A program made the translations under genes and the position numbers. Below are positions 18,469-23,892 of a stretch of 23,892 nt of DNA, piece by piece. Position 1 is the first letter of the stretch; every line of letters starts with the position of its first letter. Source of the DNA: Promethearchaeota archaeon (GTDB lineage Archaea > Asgardarchaeota > Lokiarchaeia > Sigyniarchaeales > SOKP01); NCBI GenBank assembly GCA_019058365.1, contig JAHPZE010000046.1:1-23892 (forward strand), in the 5' to 3' direction. Below the pieces are notes generated by a model. It was not told the DNA's origin. It saw nothing but the letters and a program-made list of their open reading frames with translations, and ran no database searches.

Positions 18469-18924
18469 TTAATCCTCAAACACAGCCATCGTACTTTTAC
18501 TCTCTCCCACTCTGACTAGAATCTTTTTATTATTATATATTTCTTTTAGTTTATCATGAATGTATTTTGCTAAAAGTTCGCTTGTTGTGGCTGGTAATGG
18601 CAAAAAGAAAACATCTTCTCGGGGGAAAACGTACCGTTTCTTAGATGCCACAACTTCCACACAATCTTTCTCTTCTCGTATATCTATGTCGTTTGATTCT
18701 TTTGGTATCAAAACATAATGATCCATAGGCTTAACAATAGAAAGTAATTTACTCTTAAGATCTGTAAAATCTACAACAAAATGATTTTCATCAAGATCAT
18801 CACTTAATTCAACATGAACATAATAGTTGTGACCATGAAGTCTTGTACATTGAAGAGGGTCTTTTAAGAAGTGACTAGCACTAAATTTAATTTCGGTTGA
18901 TTCAACTATGACTTTAAATCCCAT
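18469..18924 (-). CDS. queD: 6-carboxy-5,6,7,8-tetrahydropterin synthase / PTPS family
   Basis: FSASHF, CTRLHGHNY (catalytic Cys and Zn-binding His), VVDF..LK, DH, TTSELLA, VGE; divergent from a queC-domain gene. Confidence 0.88.
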   Translation of the reverse strand: MGFKVIVESTEIKFSASHFLKDPLQCTRLHGHNYYVHVELSDDLDENHFVVDFTDLKSKLLSIVKPMDHYVLIPKESNDIDIREEKDCVEVVASKKRYVFPREDVFFLPLPATTSELLAKYIHDKLKEIYNNKKILVRVGESKSTMAVFED

Positions 18925-19104
18925 AAAAAGAGTTCCCCCATTGTTATTTTATTGGTTTGATTTTTTTGTATTGAAGTAGACCTTTGGTATTTTTATATTT
19001 TATGTTTAAGAACAATAAATATTGCAAGACATTTTCATTAAAGCAAGATATATTAAATTAGTAAGATAACTTCAATAAAAAATAAACCATATTTTAAAAT
19101 AGAT

Positions 19105-20715
19105 ATGAGTTTTACCCTTTATGACAAATTTAAAGATGATCATACAATGGAATACAAAAAATTAGCAATTACGGGAGCAAATGGATATTTAGGGAAGCAT
19201 ACAATAAAGGCAGCGATTCAAAAAGGATGGCAAGTAGTAGGCATTGTACGACGAGATGATGCAGCTAAAGAAGTGGAATCTCTTGGGGCTAAAGTAGAAA
19301 TTATTAAAGATTTCAATCTTGATTCTTTAAAAAGTGCTTTTGCTGGGTGTAAAGCAGTTTTACATTTTAGAGGTGTTGTATGTGGTTCTGAAGAGCTTTT
19401 CGAAAAGGTTAATATTGATGGAATGCGCGTTTTAGTTGAAGCTGCTCTTGAAGCAAAAGTGTCTAGAATAATTTTTCCTTCAGGTTTGGGAGTTAATCGA
19501 TATGGGGAAGAAGAATGGGCCAATGATGCATATTTCTATTCAAAGAATAAAGCTGAACAAATACTTAAAAATGGAAAAGTTCCTTACATAATTTTTAGAC
19601 CTTCTTATATATTAGGCCCTAATGATGAATTAATCCCAGAAATGATAAACCAAATTGGAAATGGGGTTGTCCACGTTGCTGGAAATGGTAAAATTCCAAT
19701 GCAACCTATATACATTAAAGATGCAATAGAAGCATTTCTAAATGCGGCTGATGGTATAGGAGATAACAATCAAACTTTTGATCTCGTCGGTCCAAAAATT
19801 CTAAACATGCTTGAATTAATCGAAATGGTTGTTCAAAATATGATTGATTTAGGATTTAATATCCCTCGTCCTCGAATCAACATAATAAAATTTGAAGATG
19901 CTCCAGAACAATTAGGGATATGCAAAGAAATGGTTGATGTTATGAGATGTGATATTACCTCAAATGGTAATATTGCTGCTAAAGTGTTAGGTTATAATTT
20001 ATCAGATTTGGATGAAGCTATAAAATCAGCAATAATGGTAAAAATGTTTCCTGAAACCAAAGAAAAAGGAGAAAAAGCTATTGTTCTATTATCTGGTGGG
20101 ATTGACTCTGCTGTTGTGCTCTACTGGGCAAATAATAAGGGGTATAATATAATTCCTATTTCATTTAATTATAATTTCCGACCGGAAAATGAAAAAAAAG
20201 CAGCTTTAAAACTAGCAGAAAGTTTAGATCTTAAAGTAATTAAAATTGATATCCCTTTTTTAAAAGAATCAATTGATTTACGCATAGAGGGTCTTCCTAT
20301 CCCGAGCGCATTGTACGCTCCAGAGGGATTTATACCTTCTCGTAACCTCATTTTCTACTCCATTGCAGCGTACTATGCTGAAGCTTATGGTTGTAAAGTA
20401 ATAATCGGTGGACACATATCAGCTGACCCTCAGACTTTTCCTGATACAGCACCAGATTTTTTTGAATCTCTTGAGGGACTGATTAATGAGGGAAAGCACA
20501 TAAAAGATAAGACAAAAATAAAATTATTATTTCCTTTAGCAAAAAAGACTAAAATAGATGTATTAAAATTAACACAAAAATTGAATATTCCTTTGAAATG
20601 GACATGGAGTTGTTATAGTGATGGAGATCAACCTTGTGGAATGTGTACATCTTGTCGTAAGAGAAAGGAAGCTTTCCAAAAACTGAATTTTTCTGATCAA
20701 GAATTTTCTTTATAA
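19105..20715 (+). CDS. queC: Fusion of an NAD(P)-dependent epimerase/dehydratase-type SDR (N-terminal, about 310 aa) and a QueC-like 7-cyano-7-deazaguanine synthase domain (C-terminal, about 215 aa)
   Basis: SDR part: ITGANGYLG, YFYSK, FRPSYILG, MQPIYIKD. QueC part: LLSGGIDS, IPSRNLIF, FPD, TWSCY......CGMCTSC..R. One uninterrupted frame; the likely start is ATG 19147. Confidence 0.85.
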   Translation: MSFTLYDKFKDDHTMEYKKLAITGANGYLGKHTIKAAIQKGWQVVGIVRRDDAAKEVESLGAKVEIIKDFNLDSLKSAFAGCKAVLHFRGVVCGSEELFEKVNIDGMRVLVEAALEAKVSRIIFPSGLGVNRYGEEEWANDAYFYSKNKAEQILKNGKVPYIIFRPSYILGPNDELIPEMINQIGNGVVHVAGNGKIPMQPIYIKDAIEAFLNAADGIGDNNQTFDLVGPKILNMLELIEMVVQNMIDLGFNIPRPRINIIKFEDAPEQLGICKEMVDVMRCDITSNGNIAAKVLGYNLSDLDEAIKSAIMVKMFPETKEKGEKAIVLLSGGIDSAVVLYWANNKGYNIIPISFNYNFRPENEKKAALKLAESLDLKVIKIDIPFLKESIDLRIEGLPIPSALYAPEGFIPSRNLIFYSIAAYYAEAYGCKVIIGGHISADPQTFPDTAPDFFESLEGLINEGKHIKDKTKIKLLFPLAKKTKIDVLKLTQKLNIPLKWTWSCYSDGDQPCGMCTSCRKRKEAFQKLNFSDQEFSL

Positions 20716-20826
20716 AATCTATTTTTGTTTAATGGATTTTTCATAATATTTAAAGGCAAATTTATAAAAAGCCTAAACATTATCATTTATTTGAATGTTT
20801 TCAACAATAAAAGATAATAAAATCAC

Positions 20827-21456
20827 ATGCATGAGATCAATGATTTAAATTCTAAGGAAATTTATCAAAAAATTTTAGTAGAGTGCCCAACCTGTCAAGC
20901 TAAAAAAGTGTTGAAAATACCTCCTAAAATTATTAATCAAGCTAAACAATTAACAACAATTTCTGTTCCTTCTGGAACTGCTTGTGAGCATGGTTTTCAA
21001 GCTTTTTTAGATAAAAATTTTAAAGTCCGTGGATACCAAAAAGTTGATTTTGAATTCTCTCATATGGAATTTTCTGAGTATGATCCAACAGCTATTTATG
21101 ATTCTAGACTATTGCTGCAGGAAATTATCACCATTTTAAGGAGTAATATAGATGATAAAGAAATCTTAGGTAATGGGATCTTTACTATAGACGGAAATAT
21201 TTTATATTCCTCTCTTCCAACTGATAATTTATCTTCTATAATAAGAGAAATTAAAGCTCGAGATGAAATGAAGTTAATTTCTTTTAGAAAATTATATTTA
21301 GAATTACAAGATAATCAAAAAATATGTTTCAGTTATTTAAAAGTTAAAGATGTACTACTTGTTTTAGTATTGTTTTTCTCAGAAATTATCAAATTTGATA
21401 CAGGCAGATCGTATATGGACAACCTGATACAAAAGATAAAAGAATTAGAACTTTAA
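20827..21456 (+). CDS. Hypothetical protein: N-terminal CxxC..CxH zinc-binding module plus a roadblock/longin/profilin-like C-terminal domain
   Basis: VECPTC...TTISVP...CEHGFQAFLDKNFKVRGYQKVDFE; the C-terminal half reads as alpha-beta-beta-alpha-beta-beta-beta-alpha (ILGNGIFTIDGNILYSSLP...VLLVLVLFF). Confidence 0.55.
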   Translation: MHEINDLNSKEIYQKILVECPTCQAKKVLKIPPKIINQAKQLTTISVPSGTACEHGFQAFLDKNFKVRGYQKVDFEFSHMEFSEYDPTAIYDSRLLLQEIITILRSNIDDKEILGNGIFTIDGNILYSSLPTDNLSSIIREIKARDEMKLISFRKLYLELQDNQKICFSYLKVKDVLLVLVLFFSEIIKFDTGRSYMDNLIQKIKELEL

Positions 21457-21602
21457 AGTATTTTCAGATAATTTCAATATTACAATCTCAAACAACTATG
21501 CATAATAATTCTTATTCTTAGATCATCTCAATGAATAGTTATAAATATAGCTATAATTATGTGTTTTATAAGAGTACAAATTTAAACATTTAAAAGTAGA
21601 AA

Positions 21603-22439
21603 ATGGATATCCATAAGATAAAAAATAAAATGCTCCAAGATTTAAAGGAGCAAATTCCAGAACTTACAACGGATCAAATTCAAATTTCAGAATTACCTAG
21701 TAAGAAAAATTCTGTTATTATATTAAAGTTTGATAAAAAGCCCTCTAAATTACCACAAGAAGTTATAGTTAAAATTTTTAGGACTGAAAATATCGCTAAT
21801 GAAATAAATATATTAAACAGATTGCGAAATCAACATTTCCATGTTCCAAGTATTTTATTTTTTCATAATCCTTATTTATTCCTCGAAAAAGTTGAGGGTA
21901 CAAATTTATGCGATTTTATCAATGAAAGATTAAAAGGAACCAAGAAATTAGATGATTTGGATTCTGAAACAAGAAATCAAATTATTAATAGTATAGAAAG
22001 ACTGGCAGAATTTATTGCTCAATTTCATGAAAAAAATTTTGTTAGAAAAATGCATGAAGAAAAAAGGAAATATGTTCTTTGCAAAGGAGACACAAGGCTA
22101 AGGGATTTCATTTATGATTCTAAGCATGATGATCTGTATGCCGTTGATTTTGAGGATGCATACGAAGGTAATCATATGGACGATTTGGCTTGGATATGTA
22201 CTTCCCTTCTTGATACAGATCCAGGGATCTTTGAAATGGAGGAACCAAAACATAAGGTTGACCTGATAAATATCTTCCTAAGAAAATATTACCGAACTAA
22301 TCCAAAATTTCCTTTTGACTTTAATTATTTAGCAGAAAAGATAATAGATAATTTAAATATAGTTATAGAGAGGAGAAATCTTCCCTATGGTACTATCAGC
22401 AGAACTCTTTTTCTAGATGATATTTCTAAAGAAATATAG
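21603..22439 (+). CDS. Protein-kinase-like phosphotransferase (APH/RIO/Bud32-like fold)
   Basis: VIVKIF (beta3 Lys), NEINIL (alphaC Glu), FLEKVEG hinge, KGDTRLRD catalytic loop, AVDFED (DFG-like), DDLAW. Confidence 0.72.
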   Translation: MDIHKIKNKMLQDLKEQIPELTTDQIQISELPSKKNSVIILKFDKKPSKLPQEVIVKIFRTENIANEINILNRLRNQHFHVPSILFFHNPYLFLEKVEGTNLCDFINERLKGTKKLDDLDSETRNQIINSIERLAEFIAQFHEKNFVRKMHEEKRKYVLCKGDTRLRDFIYDSKHDDLYAVDFEDAYEGNHMDDLAWICTSLLDTDPGIFEMEEPKHKVDLINIFLRKYYRTNPKFPFDFNYLAEKIIDNLNIVIERRNLPYGTISRTLFLDDISKEI

Positions 22440-22583
22440 TCATCTATTCTTCTCTTAAAGAATAAGTTGAAATATTTTATTTTTGCAGAATTGCATTTTA
22501 TTATTGATACACCTAATTTAAAAGTTCAATCAGTAAGAAGAAATTTTTAATAAATCAAATGGTTGGAGATATGGGGTGAATAA

Positions 22584-22679
22584 GAGAAAAGAAGATATCA
22601 ATGCCCAAAATGTGGAATCCAGTTATTCCATGGGGTAAAAAAATGTATCAATTGTGGATTTACTGTTAATATAGATTGA
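22584..22679 (+). pseudogene. Zinc-ribbon micro-ORF remnant (EKRRYQCPKCGIQLFHGVKKCINCGFTVNID*) lacking a start codon
   Basis: CPKCG-x9-CINCG spacing; an in-frame TAA at 22581-22583 separates it from an upstream TTG at 22563. Confidence 0.4.
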
Positions 22680-22766
22680 AATATATAAGATTTAAGCAAG
22701 GAAATATTAAAATAACCAATTAATAAAAAAAGGATTTATTTTATTTTTTACATCTCTAGGATAATT

Positions 22767-23270
22767 TTAGGGGATATAAGTTTGAACCATTAATGTACTG
22801 GAAAAAATATTGTTATCAATATCACTACCGAATATACTGATAGTAACATTATGAGCTCCAGCTGTAACTGCATCTAGTGAAAGTTGACATGAAATAGGTG
22901 CTTCAATACTAGCAGCAGTAGTTCGAATTACCCACCAAGGATAGGTAGGACCAGATAACATAACACCATCTAATACAAAATTGAATTGTATATAGGAATT
23001 TACTCCAGCATCTACATCAGCCCAAGTGTTAAAGTGAAAATATACCGATTCTCCAGAGCCTACAGTAAAATCTATTGTTAATGGATCGACTGTTATAATT
23101 GTAGAAATAGGATTAGTGTGTGTTGCGCTATAATGAAAGTCATACCATGTATTCTTAATACCAGATCCCCCAGCTGCAGATGCTGGAAAAATCATTTGAT
23201 ATATTCCAAGTCCTAATGCACCTAATGCGATAATAAGAGCTAAAATAGCTAAACCTGAAGATTTTGCCAT
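22767..23270 (-). CDS. N-terminally anchored or secreted hypothetical protein with a beta-sandwich-like domain
   Basis: Hydrophobic LAILALIIALGALGLGIY, Ala/Gly/Ser linker, beta-rich body ending GAHNVTISIFG...STLMVQT; SD GAGGT upstream. Confidence 0.7.
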   Translation of the reverse strand: MAKSSGLAILALIIALGALGLGIYQMIFPASAAGGSGIKNTWYDFHYSATHTNPISTIITVDPLTIDFTVGSGESVYFHFNTWADVDAGVNSYIQFNFVLDGVMLSGPTYPWWVIRTTAASIEAPISCQLSLDAVTAGAHNVTISIFGSDIDNNIFSSTLMVQTYIP

Positions 23271-23892
23271 AATTTCATACCTCTATTTTTATTTAATTTT
23301 AGAATAGATTTCTTTTTTGTAAAGTTATTAATTAAGTATATAGAAATAATTCAATAAAAAAATATTATAAAATCTTTTAAAAAAAGATTAAATTATTCTC
23401 ATTAGATTATCAAAACCCCAAGTGAGATTTTTTACCACTATATTATCCACCAATGTTGAGGTTATGATTATCATAACAAGATTATTTATTGTACCAGTAT
23501 CTTGAGATTATCTTATTATAGGAATAGTGAATATCTCGGGTTTTGAAGATATAAATAAATTATTAATCCAACTTTTATTAATAATGTTAAAAAGAGTCAA
23601 AATATTTCACATGCTTCAACGATTGGTGTTTTTTCTACTACTGTAAAAAATATTCTAAGTTTAACTGCGTGTGATGAACTAACTCTTAGAGGGTTTTTTT
23701 TGCAATATCGGTCAGATAAATTCAAGGTGGTCAAGAATCATCCTATCTTACAATATACATATTAGATTAGGCAAATTAAATAACTGAATATCCAATTTAA
23801 GTTCTAATAATATTTATTTTTTTTATCTTTCTAAAAATGATAATTTTTAATTTCCCTTCATACACTAAATCTTTATTCACCTTTAATTTTTA

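Noticed and set aside
207-20351. Short antisense ORFs in the track (207, 1494, 5076, 9177, 10473, 11107, 13855, 14147, 15303, 15658, 19218, 20169)
   Set aside because: They lie opposite well-supported genes and carry no recognisable motifs; most likely shadow ORFs.
18469-20715. Dpd, QatABCD or type IV CBASS defence island
   Set aside because: No DpdA/TGT, TatD, CD-NTase, nuclease or P-loop ATPase partner lies nearby; the neighbours are housekeeping-like.
23400-23760. Possible decayed gene on the minus strand (about 45-codon frame from a TTG)
   Set aside because: No recognisable motif and frequent stops; it cannot be supported from the sequence alone.
1-23892. Genome-wide TGA reassignment (code 4/25)
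   Set aside because: All long genes are intact under code 11 and use TGG for Trp. The hydrolase ends at TGA 6378-6380, at the same position where its paralog ends with TAA.

Overview
AT-rich, gene-dense archaeal window with no mobile element or CRISPR array. The content points to an Asgard archaeon (Lokiarchaeia-like; inferred, not searched): a gelsolin-domain protein, an IPGF-TM-basic C-terminal sorting signal, a zinc-ribbon/roadblock-like protein, and a tRNA-Leu(CAG) without encoded CCA. Left to right: a PLP Cys/Met-lyase-family gene divergent from a corrinoid protein + pyrrolysine-free MttB methyltransferase pair; a DedA/VTT protein; an unannotated 50-aa tail-anchored protein; a gelsolin-like protein; two tandem alpha/beta hydrolases; tRNA-Leu; ogg; DUF1847; a membrane protein split by one in-frame TGA; a winged-helix/TPR protein; GNAT; aldo/keto reductase; a surface-anchored C13 (legumain/GPI8-like) peptidase; a P1B ATPase with a C-terminal Cys/His domain; DUF166; queD; an SDR-QueC fusion; a Zn-ribbon/roadblock-like protein; a kinase-like protein; and a secreted protein. 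The strongest candidate for an undescribed system is the intact NAD(P)-binding SDR domain fused to a motif-divergent QueC, head-to-head with queD-DUF166, which suggests a variant 7-deazaguanine pathway. All family calls come from motif recognition by eye; no database searches were run.
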